A stretch of DNA of 32,109 nucleotides from an uncultured Sphaerobacteraceae bacterium (GTDB taxonomy: Bacteria > Chloroflexota > Chloroflexia > Thermomicrobiales > UBA6265): NCBI GenBank assembly GCA_964624125.1, contig CAZVAA010000005.1:3386-35494 (forward strand), in the 5' to 3' direction. Shown one piece after another: positions 1 through 9,921 of this stretch. Within the stretch, counting starts at the first letter, position 1. Each line of letters begins with the position of its first letter. A model generated the notes under the pieces. That model saw only the letters and a program-made list of their open reading frames with translations. It was not told where the DNA came from and made no database searches. Made by a program: the position numbers and the translations under genes.

Positions 1-1
1 C

Positions 2-808
2 ACGCAGGTCCAATCGTTCGAGGTGACCTTCATCGAAGGGCAGCGCATCGAGCAGCATGCGGTCGCACTCGAAGAGGCCGGGATGCCGAACGCCTCCGTC
101 GACTACGTCAATGCCGCGGCCGATGTGGACTCCTGGCGCAGCACGTACCCGTTCCTCGAGAGCGTGCCCGAAGGCGCGACGCTGGAGGGCTTCCTGTTCC
201 CGGACACCTATCGGGTGGGTCAGGGGGCCACGGTACGCGATGTGATCGGATTGCAATTACAGCAATTCGAGGCGCAGTTCACGCCGGAGATGATCCAGCA
301 GGCCCAGGCACAGGGGTTGACGATCTACGAGGTCGTGACACTGGCTTCGATCGTCGAGCGCGAGGCCGCGGTTCCGGCGGAACGGCCGATGATCTCGGCG
401 GTGTACCAGAACCGGATCGAGTCTGGAATGGCTCTGAACGCGGACCCGTCCAACCAGTACGGTGTCGGCACCCCGGAAGAGTGGTGGCCGGTGCTGAACA
501 CCGAGTTGCTGGAGCAGTCGAAGACGACCGAATACGACACGTATGAGAACGAAGGGCTCCCACCCGGCCCGATCGCCAACCCGGGGTTTGCATCGCTGCA
601 GGCGGTGCTGCAGCCGGCGGATATGGAGCATCTCTATTTCGTGACGAAGGGCGATGATTCGGGCGAGCATGTCTTCAGCATGACGTTGGAAGAGCACGAA
701 CAGAATACGTGCATCGAGCATCCCGACTGGGAACAGTGCGCCGGAGGATTCGCGCCGCAGGAACGCGCGGATGCCTGGCGGGTGGCGTGGATGAAGCCGG
801 CCGCCTGA
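2..808 (+). CDS. mltG: Endolytic transglycosylase MltG (YceG-like), 5'-truncated by window edge
   Basis: Frame is open from position 2. Motifs LEGFLFPDTY, LASIVERE (catalytic Glu), VYQNR, LPPGPIANPG and YFV..HVFS are typical of MltG. Confidence 0.93.
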   Translation, partial: TQVQSFEVTFIEGQRIEQHAVALEEAGMPNASVDYVNAAADVDSWRSTYPFLESVPEGATLEGFLFPDTYRVGQGATVRDVIGLQLQQFEAQFTPEMIQQAQAQGLTIYEVVTLASIVEREAAVPAERPMISAVYQNRIESGMALNADPSNQYGVGTPEEWWPVLNTELLEQSKTTEYDTYENEGLPPGPIANPGFASLQAVLQPADMEHLYFVTKGDDSGEHVFSMTLEEHEQNTCIEHPDWEQCAGGFAPQERADAWRVAWMKPAA

Positions 809-825
809 TCAAGAGGGGGTTGTGT

Positions 826-1644
826 GTGAAGCGCGCGGGAGTGATTGGGGATCCGGTTGATCATTCGTTGTCGCCGGTGATGCATCTTGCGGCCATGCGG
901 GCAACGGGGTTCGAGGGAACGTACGAGGCATGGCCAACGAAGCTCGATGAGCTCGAAGCACGGGTCGCATCCCTAAAGGAGCCGGATGTGCTTGGCGCAA
1001 ATGTCACCGTTCCGCACAAGCAGGTGGTGATGCCGCTGCTGGATGATGTGACGGAGACGGCGCGTCGGATCGGGGCCGTGAACACCATTATCCCAAACGC
1101 AGACGGTCTGCTCGGCGATAACACGGACGCGTATGGGTTCCGACGGTCGCTGCAGGAGCATGTCAACCGGGAGGAGATCGACTGCGCCGTGGTGCTTGGC
1201 GCGGGAGGAGCTTCCCGCGCGGTGATCGTCGCGTTGCAGGAGATGGATGTCGACCGGATCGTGGTCACGAACCGTACCGATGATCGGGCGGCGGAGTTGG
1301 CGCGTGAGTTCGAAACCGCGATGGCGCCGTGGAGCGAGGCGCCGGTGGAGGAGTTCCCGCAGGCGGACCTGCTGGTGAACGCGACTTCGTTGGGTTGGCA
1401 CGATGAGATGCCGGTCAGCGATCGGGCACTCGGGCGCTTGAAGAAGGGCGCGACCGTGTTCGACCTGACGTATCGCGACACCGCGTTGTTGCGGACGGCC
1501 GCGGCGAGGAAGCATGCCGTCCTAGACGGCCTTGGCATGCTGATCCACCAGGGAGCGCGGGCATTCGAGCTCTGGACCGGGCTGGATGCGCCGGTGGACG
1601 CGATGCGCGAAGCGGTGCTCGAGGAGCAGGCACGCCGGGCGTGA
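826..1644 (+). CDS. aroE: Shikimate dehydrogenase
   Basis: GDPVDHSLSP, GANVTVPHK, GAVNT, GDNTD, GAGGASRA, NATSLG and DGLGMLIHQG motifs. GTG at 826 follows the GAGGGG RBS. Confidence 0.95.
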   Translation: MKRAGVIGDPVDHSLSPVMHLAAMRATGFEGTYEAWPTKLDELEARVASLKEPDVLGANVTVPHKQVVMPLLDDVTETARRIGAVNTIIPNADGLLGDNTDAYGFRRSLQEHVNREEIDCAVVLGAGGASRAVIVALQEMDVDRIVVTNRTDDRAAELAREFETAMAPWSEAPVEEFPQADLLVNATSLGWHDEMPVSDRALGRLKKGATVFDLTYRDTALLRTAAARKHAVLDGLGMLIHQGARAFELWTGLDAPVDAMREAVLEEQARRA

Positions 1645-1666
1645 TCAATCCCGCGATATACACGAC

Positions 1667-1697
1667 AACGGCCACGGCGATTATCGCCGTGGCCGTT
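1667..1697. terminator. Bidirectional terminator-like hairpin between convergent aroE and cupin-SH3 genes
   Basis: AACGGCCACGGCGA-tta-TCGCCGTGGCCGTT perfect stem, followed by a T-rich tract on the + strand. Confidence 0.8.
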
Positions 1698-1720
1698 TGT
1701 TTGTAGGCAATCGCCGGGTG

Positions 1721-3298
1721 TTACTCGGACGGAGCCAGGAAGTCGGACGGCATCCACCCGCTGATCGAGTCGTCGCCGACCAGGGTGACTGGGTACCAGG
1801 TGAAGCCGTCGGCCTCGACCGGGTCGCCGGTGATCTCGTACTCGGTGCCCGCCGGGAGCGCGTTGACAATATCGCCACCCAGGTTGCCTTCGGAGCGGAT
1901 GCGGACGCTGTCCTCCGTGGTGATCACCAGGTCACCGGCGGCGAAGGTGCCGCCGCCGGAGGGCGTTCCAGCTTCTTCCTCGGGCTCATCTTCCGCGGCC
2001 TCCTCGGGCTCTGGCGTGGGTTCCTCGGCCGGGGCGTCGAGCCCGTCGAGGAAGTCCTGCGCGACCCAGCCGGTGTTTCCGCCGGGTGCGGTCACCTGCA
2101 CCTGGTACCAGACGTATTCCTCCGCTTCGACGGGGCCATCGAGCACTTCGAGCTCAACGCCGGCGGCGAGCTGGTCAACCACATCTGCGCTGGTGGAGGG
2201 CTCGGCGCGCATGTTGAGGTCGTCCACGTTCGACGTGACGATTTGGCCGGTGCTCTCGGCGTCTTCACCATCCTCGACGTCGGCGGTGTCGGCTCCGCCG
2301 GTGGTGCCGTCGCCGGAAGCGCTGCTTCCGGACGTGAAGGTGAGCGCGGCCGGTTCGCCATCGAACTCTTCGTCGAAATCGATGGAGAGAACGAGCAGCT
2401 CGAGCTCACCGTTCTCATCCGCCCGGGAGGTGGCGCTGACACCGTTCGGGAAGAAGGCGGCGTCGCCGGTCTCAAGGATGAACTCCTCGCCCGCGACGGC
2501 GTTCGGCTGGAGTGACTGGAGGTGGCTGCGGCTGACCTGGACCGCGCCGCTGTCGACGATGAACGAGAAGTTGCCATCGACGCGGGAGTACATCGCGACG
2601 CCCTCGAACGCCGGGAGATCGGCGCCCGCGGGGAGAATGACCTGGTCGACGGAGACCGTCGCGCCGCCGGACGGCATATCCTGCACCAGGCCATCACCTA
2701 GTACTACGAAGGAGACGCCTTCGAAGTCCTGGGAGGTAGGCTGGCCGTCGGTGTAGGTGATGCTTTCCGGGAAATCGCTGCCAACCGGAAGGAGCACGGC
2801 CGAGAGCATGACCACGTTCTCTTCGCTGTTATTCACGAAATACATGCCGGTTTCGGGCTGGTAGACGATCGAGTCGCCGACCGAGAGCACCTGGTCCTCC
2901 GCCGTGGCCGCTTCGGTGTCGCCATTCGCCCGGGTGATCTGCGCGCCGCCTTCCGTGCGGATCGTTACCTCGCCGGACTGGATGAGGTCGAATTCGGGGC
3001 CGGGGTGGGTGTGCATCGGGGTCGAGGCGCCGGGCTCGAGGGTGATCTCGAGCATGCGAACGGTGATCGGCGCGGGCACGAACTCCTCGAAGGTCTCCTG
3101 CATCAGAGTCGTGACCTCCGCCTCGGGCTGGACCTCGGCGGCGGGGCTCGCGACCGGGGAAGGGGCGGGAGTGGACTCCTGCGCCATGGCGGCGGGTGCG
3201 AGCATCACGCTCGCGCCGAGCGTCGCGGCGAGGAGCGCATTTCGGCTGGCGCGGAGCAGGCGGCGGTCAGTCGTTCTGATGAAAGCAGGGTGGCGCAT
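1721..3298 (-). CDS. Secreted protein with two cupin-like domains and two bacterial SH3 (SH3b) domains
   Basis: Signal peptide (DRRLL...AMA/QE). First cupin LEPGASTPMHTHPGPE; second, degenerate cupin LPAGADLP...ETGDAAFFPNG. Two repeats of (LNMR/VRIR)..GxxxExxxxPVEAxxxxWYxV...GW.xxDFL joined by acidic Pro/Glu linkers. Start is 3298 (ATG) or 3310 (TTG). Confidence 0.8.
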   Translation of the reverse strand: MRHPAFIRTTDRRLLRASRNALLAATLGASVMLAPAAMAQESTPAPSPVASPAAEVQPEAEVTTLMQETFEEFVPAPITVRMLEITLEPGASTPMHTHPGPEFDLIQSGEVTIRTEGGAQITRANGDTEAATAEDQVLSVGDSIVYQPETGMYFVNNSEENVVMLSAVLLPVGSDFPESITYTDGQPTSQDFEGVSFVVLGDGLVQDMPSGGATVSVDQVILPAGADLPAFEGVAMYSRVDGNFSFIVDSGAVQVSRSHLQSLQPNAVAGEEFILETGDAAFFPNGVSATSRADENGELELLVLSIDFDEEFDGEPAALTFTSGSSASGDGTTGGADTADVEDGEDAESTGQIVTSNVDDLNMRAEPSTSADVVDQLAAGVELEVLDGPVEAEEYVWYQVQVTAPGGNTGWVAQDFLDGLDAPAEEPTPEPEEAAEDEPEEEAGTPSGGGTFAAGDLVITTEDSVRIRSEGNLGGDIVNALPAGTEYEITGDPVEADGFTWYPVTLVGDDSISGWMPSDFLAPSE

Positions 3299-3502
3299 GG
3301 TATGCCTCAATTTCCTTCAAGTGAGAGCGTGCTCAATGACGTCACGTACCTGGACAACGGTTGGAACGCCGGTCGTGTTTCGTGTGAAATCCTGGCAGGG
3401 CATGCTGCCGGATAGGGAGATGCCGGAATCTGCGCCCCGCGTTGGAGTCATTCTACGATGGTACTCCATTCCATTGAAGGCGCATGCGGCGGGCGTGCGC
3501 GG

Positions 3503-4339
3503 TCAGGCAAGCATCGTTGTGAGGATGGCGGCAAGAATCGCTCCGCTGGTGATACAGGCGAGATTCACGATGTCGTTCGTGACCCACGAGAGGCCGCCTG
3601 TCGATCGGGTTGTTGTGCCGCACCGGTGGACTTTCCGTTCGGTTTCCTTGTTGCAGGAATCGCACCAGCGGCGGTCCTGGACGGTCGCTCCGAGGAGCGA
3701 GTCGACCAGCGAGCCCGCGAGGCCGGCGAGGGTGACCGCGATGATGGAGGCGACCGGGCCGCCGGGGAGATCGAGCCAACCGGTGGCGACACCTATCCCT
3801 GCAAAGGAGGCGACCAGAAGCGCGCCGCCGATAGCTCCGGCGAGACCACGTCGACTGACCGCGCCTGAGGTTCCGGCGGGGACGCGTTCGCCGGTGGTGA
3901 TGAGACGGGGGCGAGTTGGGCTGGTGCCGCCGATCTCGGTGCTCCAGGTGTCGGCATTGGCGGCTGCAAGGGATCCGGCGAGTCCTGCGAGCCAGGGGGC
4001 GTCACCGGTGAGGCCGTAGGCAATCGCGCATACCAGCGCAATGCCGCCGTTTGCCGCAACCTGGACGGTGTCGCGCCGGCTGCCACGTTGGAGCGTATTC
4101 TCCTGGGCAGCTTGGCCAAGGCGCGAAAGGAAGCTCGAGGTAACGAAAAATGCGACGAGCAGCGCTCCTGCCCACCAGCCAGCGGCACCGACGAGCACGG
4201 TGCCGAGGACGGCAGCGGCGATCATGCCGGAGGTGGAAAGGGACCGGGCACGCCATGCGGCGATCGAGATCGCGGCTGCGCCGGCGAAGGCGATGAGCCA
4301 GCGGGCGAGATCGTGGTTCGCGGTGAGATCGGGCGGCAT
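3503..4339 (-). CDS. DUF92 (TMEM19-like) integral membrane protein
   Basis: SLSTSG, FFVTSS, RDTVQVAANG, ADTWSTEIG, GTSGAVS, DSLLGATVQ and NDIVN motifs, plus a CxxC..HxC insert. Start moved to ATG 4339 because the longer ORF overlaps the tRNA. Confidence 0.9.
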   Translation of the reverse strand: MPPDLTANHDLARWLIAFAGAAAISIAAWRARSLSTSGMIAAAVLGTVLVGAAGWWAGALLVAFFVTSSFLSRLGQAAQENTLQRGSRRDTVQVAANGGIALVCAIAYGLTGDAPWLAGLAGSLAAANADTWSTEIGGTSPTRPRLITTGERVPAGTSGAVSRRGLAGAIGGALLVASFAGIGVATGWLDLPGGPVASIIAVTLAGLAGSLVDSLLGATVQDRRWCDSCNKETERKVHRCGTTTRSTGGLSWVTNDIVNLACITSGAILAAILTTMLA

Positions 4340-4446
4340 GTCGGGCGTGGCGTCCTTCGGTGGGGCGATCTGGTCGATTGGCACCACTATGGCACGGGGA
4401 GCGGCGATCGGGGTAGGATGGAGGTCGCCACGACACAGTGGCGACC

Positions 4447-4518
4447 GACCCTCTAGCTCAACGGTAGAGCAGTGGACTTTTAATCCATTGGTTCCGGGTT
4501 CGAATCCCGGGGGGGTCA
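4447..4518 (+). tRNA. tRNA-Lys (anticodon TTT); CCA not encoded
   Basis: Acceptor GACCCTC/GGGGGTC, D arm GCTC-AACGGTA-GAGC, anticodon arm GTGGA-CTTTTAA-TCCAT, T arm CCGGG-TTCGAAT-CCCGG, discriminator A. Confidence 0.97.
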
Positions 4519-4554
4519 CCCGAAGAAATACCCGCTGTAGCGGGGAGAATGACT

Positions 4555-4583
4555 GGAGCCGGCAATCAATGCGGCTCCTTTTT
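4555..4583 (+). terminator. Rho-independent terminator after tRNA-Lys
   Basis: GGAGCCG...CGGCTCC stem followed by TTTTT. Confidence 0.8.
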
Positions 4584-4658
4584 GTTTCCTTCAGGTTCTC
4601 GTTTCTCTTTGCATCTCCCGACGCCGACCAATATCCGACGATTCGTGCAGGAGCGGGA

Positions 4659-4711
4659 TTGACCGGCCGCCGTACGGCGGGGAGAATGCGGGTGTATCTG
4701 GATTCAGATGT
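4659..4711 (+). promoter_or_regulatory. Putative sigma70-type promoter of the rha operon with downstream operator-like palindrome
   Basis: TTGACC(4659)-N17-GAGAAT(4682), then the ATCTG-GATT-CAGATG inverted repeat. Confidence 0.55.
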
Positions 4712-4854
4712 TCATCCGGGACGGTGCGGTATTGGCTTCGCGATAGATGCACGCACGAGCGCCATACCGGTGACGCCGGCGAGATGCCCGAAGATGTCCC
4801 GGCCCGGACGAATTGCTGCCTGGAGATTTTCCCGTTCGCATGCACGATTCAATA

Positions 4855-6360
4855 GTGAAAAGCGTGGCCACATCCAACCTGCTCGCCATCGACCTGGGAG
4901 CGGAGAGTGGTCGCGCGATCCTGGGGGCGTTCGATGGGGAGCGTGTTCACTTGCGAGAAGTGCACCGCTTTCCGAATGGCCCGGTGATCCACCCTGACGG
5001 CATGTTCTGGGATGCGCTGCGGATCTATGACGATATCTGCACGGGTATCGGGAAGGCAGGGGCTGCGACCGGAAATGCGATCGACTCGCTGGCCGTCAAT
5101 TCGTGGGCGGTGGACTTCGGCCTGCTGGACAGTACCGGCGCGCTGATCGGGAGTCCGTCCCATTATCGCGATCCTCGCACCGAGGGCATGCTGGCTCGTG
5201 CGTATGAACGCGTCCCCGCGACGGATATCTACCGGGCAACCGGCATCCAGTCGATGCCGATCAACACGCTCTCCCAGTTGCTGTCGATGGAAGGCAGTCC
5301 TGCGCTCGACAACGCGCATACGATGCTCCTGATCCCGGACCTGTTGCGGTATTGGATGAGTGGCGATAAATCCGCCGAATACACCATCTCGACGACGACG
5401 CAGCTGTACGATCCCCAGGCGTCGGATTGGGCATGGGACATCATTCGCCGGTTAGGTATCAACGAACACCTTTTCCCCGGAATCACGCCGGAGGCGACGA
5501 CTGGATCACCACTTCGGCCAATGATCGCGTCGAGGGTCGGGCTGCGGCATCGCCCGCCTGTGGTCACGGTGGCCTCGCACGACACCGCGTCAGCGGTCGT
5601 GGCAATTCCCGCGCGAGAAAAGCACTTCGCGTATATCTCCAGTGGAACCTGGTCCCTTGTGGGGGTTGAGCTTCCCGAGCCGGTGGTGACGAATGCCGCG
5701 ATGGAGGCGAACTTCACGAACGAGGGCGGCGCTTTCGGGACTATCCGGTTCCTGAAGAACGTCATGGGCCTGTGGCTCCTGCAGGAGAGTCGCCGGACGT
5801 GGCAAGCGGGCGGCCGAGAGCTGTCGTATGACGACCTCGTGACGATGGGCGCCAGCGCTCCGGCGTTCCAGTTCATCGTCGACCCGGATCATCCCGCGTT
5901 CCTGGCACCGGGTGACATGCCGGGCCGGATCAGGGCTTATTGCGCGGCGTCGGGACAGGGCGTGCCAGATGATGATGGCGAAGTGGTCAGGTGCATCCTC
6001 GAAAGCCTGGCGCTCAAGTACCGTTGGGTGATCGAGAAGATCGGCGACCTGACGCATCGACCCGTCGATGTCATCCATGTTGTCGGCGGGGGCTCGCGCA
6101 ACGTCGTCTTGTGCCAGCTTACGGCCGATGCCACCAGGCGTGAAGTCATCACCGGTCCTGTGGAGGCGACGGCGCTCGGAAATATCCTGATGCAGGCTGT
6201 TGCGCATGGTCACCTGGCGTCTGCTGAGGAGGTTCGCCAGGTCGTCCTCAACTCGTTTGAGCTGGAGACGTATGAGCCAAGCGAGGGCGCGGAGCAATGG
6301 GACGATGCGTACGGGCGACTCCTTGGGCTGATGGAGAATCCGCCCGAGATCGAGACATAG
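4855..6360 (+). CDS. rhaB: Rhamnulokinase (FGGY family)
   Basis: [54 protein letters not shown] and [12 protein letters not shown] motifs. Start is GTG 4855 or 4864. Confidence 0.93.
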   Translation: MKSVATSNLLAIDLGAESGRAILGAFDGERVHLREVHRFPNGPVIHPDGMFWDALRIYDDICTGIGKAGAATGNAIDSLAVNSWAVDFGLLDSTGALIGSPSHYRDPRTEGMLARAYERVPATDIYRATGIQSMPINTLSQLLSMEGSPALDNAHTMLLIPDLLRYWMSGDKSAEYTISTTTQLYDPQASDWAWDIIRRLGINEHLFPGITPEATTGSPLRPMIASRVGLRHRPPVVTVASHDTASAVVAIPAREKHFAYISSGTWSLVGVELPEPVVTNAAMEANFTNEGGAFGTIRFLKNVMGLWLLQESRRTWQAGGRELSYDDLVTMGASAPAFQFIVDPDHPAFLAPGDMPGRIRAYCAASGQGVPDDDGEVVRCILESLALKYRWVIEKIGDLTHRPVDVIHVVGGGSRNVVLCQLTADATRREVITGPVEATALGNILMQAVAHGHLASAEEVRQVVLNSFELETYEPSEGAEQWDDAYGRLLGLMENPPEIET

Positions 6361-6446
6361 GTGTTCCCTGGAGCGTGTGGCGTTTCGCACGCATGGGCGG
6401 GACGAGCGAGGTGAGCCAAGGGGCTCCCGAGTCTGGAGAGAGTATC

Positions 6447-7661
6447 GTGGCTGGTTTCCCTGCGGGGTATGAGGCGCTGGCTGAACAGCTTGCGAATCGG
6501 GGCGTCGACGTCTCCGGCGTTGAGCGGACGTTGCGGGAGCAGCGTGTGGAAACACCGTCATGGGGGTACGGCAACTCGGGAACCCGCTTCAAGGTCTTCC
6601 CGATGCCGGGCGTGCCGCGTGATCCCTTTGAGAAATTCGAGGATGCAGCGCAGGTCCAACGGGTGACCGGTGTGTGCCCTGCGGTTGCGATTCACATCCC
6701 CTGGGACAAGGTCGATGACTACGGGGAACTGCGACGACACGCGGAGGGGCTCGGGATGTCGATCGGCGCGATCAACCCGAACCTCTTCCAGGACGATGCA
6801 TACAAGCTCGGGAGTGTCACGAATCCTGATCCGGCCATCCGCCGGCAAGCGACGGATCACCTCCTCGAGTGTTGTGATATCGCCCGGGAGACGGGGTCAA
6901 CGAATCTCTCATTGTGGCTTGCTGATGGAACCAACTATCCCGGCCAGGACAGCATGGTCGAGCGCCGGCATCGGATGCGGGAGTGTCTCTCCGAGACGTA
7001 TGCCGCGATGCCGGATGGCTGCCGCATGCTGATCGAATACAAGTTCTACGAGCCTGCGTTTTATCACACCGATCTCATGGACTGGGGCGCCGCGCTTGGC
7101 ATGTGCCAGCGCCTGGGCGACCGGGCCCAGGTGCTGGTCGATCTTGGTCATCACGCGCAAGGTGTGAATGTTGAGCAGATCGTCGCCTACCTCCTCGATG
7201 ACGAGCGACTCGGCGGCTTCCACTTCAACGGGAGGAAGTACGGCGACGACGACCTGATCGTCGGGTCGAGCAATCCCTTCGAGCTCTTCCTTATCTACGC
7301 GGAGCTTGTTTCCGCCGGTGCGGAACGAACGAGGGACGTCACGTACATGATCGACCAGTCGTTCAATATCGAGCCCAAGATCGAAGGGATGATCCTGAGC
7401 GTCATGGCACTGCAAGAGTCGCTGGCACGCGCGCTCCTGGTGGACCAGGATGCGCTTGCGGAGGCCCGGCGATCCGGTGATGTCCTTGGCGCGTATCGCC
7501 TGCTCCAGGATGCGTACCAGACGGACGTTCGGCCGCTATGCGCGAAGGTCCGTCTGGATCTCGGTGCGGAGGCGGATCCGATCGCCGCTTACCGGGCAAG
7601 CGGATACCAGGAGCAGATCGCGGCGCAGCGCGTTGGCGGCGAGCAGATGGGCTGGACCTGA
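6447..7661 (+). CDS. rhaI: L-rhamnose isomerase (RhaI, xylose-isomerase-like type)
   Basis: [55 protein letters not shown] and KYGDDDL motifs. Start uncertain (6393/6411/6447); 6447 has a GGAGAG RBS. Confidence 0.93.
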   Translation: MAGFPAGYEALAEQLANRGVDVSGVERTLREQRVETPSWGYGNSGTRFKVFPMPGVPRDPFEKFEDAAQVQRVTGVCPAVAIHIPWDKVDDYGELRRHAEGLGMSIGAINPNLFQDDAYKLGSVTNPDPAIRRQATDHLLECCDIARETGSTNLSLWLADGTNYPGQDSMVERRHRMRECLSETYAAMPDGCRMLIEYKFYEPAFYHTDLMDWGAALGMCQRLGDRAQVLVDLGHHAQGVNVEQIVAYLLDDERLGGFHFNGRKYGDDDLIVGSSNPFELFLIYAELVSAGAERTRDVTYMIDQSFNIEPKIEGMILSVMALQESLARALLVDQDALAEARRSGDVLGAYRLLQDAYQTDVRPLCAKVRLDLGAEADPIAAYRASGYQEQIAAQRVGGEQMGWT

Positions 7662-7735
7662 ACGCAGGTTGGTACATCGTGTCACCACCGAGGAAGATTG
7701 CAGATCACGTGAACCCCGAGAGCGAAGGAAACGTC

Positions 7736-9841
7736 ATGCAACCGGAAGAGACTTTTGGGCGTGTGGCCACCGCGATTGATGACCGGTGGGACGAGGAGCG
7801 AGCCGCCGCACTTTCGCCCCTTGATGCGCTTGTGTACCGATCCAACCTGTTGGGCGCGGACCGGAGCGTTGCCAACTTTGGCGGTGGCAATACCTCGACG
7901 AAGGTCTCAGAACCCGATCACACGGGGCGTCCAATAGACGTGCTGTATGTGAAAGGGTCGGGAACCGACCTGGCGACCATCACCAGCCAGGGATTTACCG
8001 GGTATCGGTTGTCAGAGGCGTTGGCGCTCTTCGACCGGGAGCAGGTGACCGACAAGGATATGGTCGACTACCTCGGCCGGTGCCAGCTCGATCCACATAT
8101 GCCGCGAGGCTCGATCGAGACGCTCCTGCATGCGTTTATCCCGGCAGCGTGCGTCGACCACACGCATCCCGATGCGATCAACATGATCTGCTGCGCGGTA
8201 GACGGGGAGCATCTGGCGCGCGAGTGCTTCGGGGATGCGGCGATCTGGATCCCGTACATTCGTCCGGGATTCTCCCTCGCCAGGCAAGTCGGTGAGGCGG
8301 TTCGTGAGCGTCCCGATGCCACGATGGTCCTGCTGGCGAAACACGGACTTGTGACGTGGGGAGAGACGCCGGAAAGCTGCTACCAAAGCACGCTGGCAGC
8401 GATCAACCAGGCGGTCGCGTTCGTGAATGGGCGGGCCCAGTCGGTCAGCCAGGAAGGGCACATTGATGCACCAGCGGAGCTGGATGACCTCCTGGAGCAG
8501 GTGCTCCCGGTATTGCGGGGCGCTGTCTCGGATCGGGTGGCGAAGATCCTGACGACCGATACGTCGGATCGCGTCCAGGCGTTCGTTTGTCGCAGTGATG
8601 CGGATCGCCTGTCGCAGGTCGGCGCTGCCTGCCCGGATCATCTGGTGCATACCAGGATGCGGCCGCTTTGGGTGCCGTTCGATCCTGCATCGGAGACCGT
8701 GGACCAGTTGAACGCGCGGATCACGGAGCTGGTGGCACGCTATCGCGATGCGTATGTCGACTACTACGAGCGTCAGGCCGCGGCGTATACGCCTCCCGAT
8801 GGTGATGAGGCGGTGACGTTCGACATCGACGATCCGAATCCACGCGTTGTCCTGATCCAGGGGGTCGGGCTGGTCGGGATTGGACGCAACCGGAAGCTGG
8901 CCAACCTCTCGCGGGATCTCTATATTCGCGCGATCGAGGTGATGACGGGCGCATCCGCGCTCGGTGGGTTCACGTCCCTGACCGAGGCGGAGTCGTTCGC
9001 CGTGGAATATTGGCCGCTCGAGCGCTTCAAGCTCACGCTGGCGCCGCCGCCGAACGAGCTCGAAGGGCGCGTCGCGCTGGTCACCGGCGGAGCGGGCGGG
9101 ATCGGTCGGGCGAGCGCCGCGGCGCTCGCGGCCCAGGGCGCAACCATCGTCGTCGCCGATATCGATGCGAATGGCGCGGAATCGGCTGCAGCGGATCTCG
9201 GTGCCGGGCATCTGGGAGCTTCGGTGGATGTGACCGATGAGCGTGCGGTCAATAAGGCGTACCGCCAGGCGATCCTTGCGTTTGGTGGGGTCGATATCGT
9301 GGTGTCCAACGCCGGTATCGCCTCCAGCGCACCGATCGAAGAGACGAGTGTTGAGCTCTGGGACCGGAATCACGATGTCCTGGTGAAGGGGTATTTTCTG
9401 GTTGCCCGAGCCGCATTTCGCCTTTGGAGACGCCAGGCGATGGGCGGGAATCTCGTCTTCATCGGGTCGAAGAACGCGGTGGCTGCCGGGAAGAATGCGG
9501 CCGCATATTCCTCCGCGAAGGCCGCGGAGATTCACCTGGCCCGGTGCCTTGCGGAGGAGGGTGGTGCCGCCGGCATTCGCGTGAACGTTGTCAATCCCGA
9601 TGCCGTGTTGCAAGGGAGCGGGATCTGGAATTCGTCGTGGCGGGCGGAGCGCGCCGCATCGTACGGGATCGCTCCAGAAGACCTGGAAGACCACTATCGG
9701 CAGCGAACGACGCTGAAGGTGAACATCCAGCCTGACGATATCGCGGAGGCGGTATGCTTCTTCGCGTCCCCGCGCTCGGCGAAGTTGACCGGCAACATGC
9801 TCAATGTCGATGGCGGGGTTGCGACGAGTTATCCGAGATAG
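7736..9841 (+). CDS. rhaD: Bifunctional rhamnulose-1-phosphate aldolase / short-chain (lactaldehyde) dehydrogenase, RhaEW/YuxG type
   Basis: N-terminal class II aldolase (GGGNTS, VKGSG, SIETLLH, DHTHPD, KHGL, CPDH) fused to a C-terminal SDR (TGGAGGIG, NAG, YSSAK, NVDGG). GAAGGA RBS. Confidence 0.93.
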   Translation: MQPEETFGRVATAIDDRWDEERAAALSPLDALVYRSNLLGADRSVANFGGGNTSTKVSEPDHTGRPIDVLYVKGSGTDLATITSQGFTGYRLSEALALFDREQVTDKDMVDYLGRCQLDPHMPRGSIETLLHAFIPAACVDHTHPDAINMICCAVDGEHLARECFGDAAIWIPYIRPGFSLARQVGEAVRERPDATMVLLAKHGLVTWGETPESCYQSTLAAINQAVAFVNGRAQSVSQEGHIDAPAELDDLLEQVLPVLRGAVSDRVAKILTTDTSDRVQAFVCRSDADRLSQVGAACPDHLVHTRMRPLWVPFDPASETVDQLNARITELVARYRDAYVDYYERQAAAYTPPDGDEAVTFDIDDPNPRVVLIQGVGLVGIGRNRKLANLSRDLYIRAIEVMTGASALGGFTSLTEAESFAVEYWPLERFKLTLAPPPNELEGRVALVTGGAGGIGRASAAALAAQGATIVVADIDANGAESAAADLGAGHLGASVDVTDERAVNKAYRQAILAFGGVDIVVSNAGIASSAPIEETSVELWDRNHDVLVKGYFLVARAAFRLWRRQAMGGNLVFIGSKNAVAAGKNAAAYSSAKAAEIHLARCLAEEGGAAGIRVNVVNPDAVLQGSGIWNSSWRAERAASYGIAPEDLEDHYRQRTTLKVNIQPDDIAEAVCFFASPRSAKLTGNMLNVDGGVATSYPR

Positions 9842-9872
9842 GCGACGGTTTCGCACTGCCAGGATCGTGAAC

Positions 9873-9906
9873 CAGGGGCGGCGAGTCGATTGACCAGCCG
9901 CCCCTG
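9873..9906. terminator. Hairpin between convergent rha operon and GH38-like gene
   Basis: CAGGGGCGGC...GCCGCCCCTG 10-bp stem with no U tract. Confidence 0.55.
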
Positions 9907-9921
9907 ATGGTGAACTCATGC

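Noticed and set aside
1586-4019. Plus-strand ORFs of 309-371 aa
   Set aside because: Low-complexity antisense frames of the cupin-SH3 and DUF92 genes.
4340-4519. N-terminal extension of the DUF92 ORF
   Set aside because: It runs antisense through the tRNA-Lys gene; the DUF92-like hydrophobic sequence starts near ATG 4339.
4498-4521. Search for an att-like repeat of the tRNA 3' end
   Set aside because: No convincing second copy was seen by eye and no integrase is present, so no mobile element is called.
8012-9919. 635-aa minus-strand ORF
   Set aside because: Antisense shadow of the aldolase/SDR gene; Arg-rich with no motifs, as expected in high-GC DNA.
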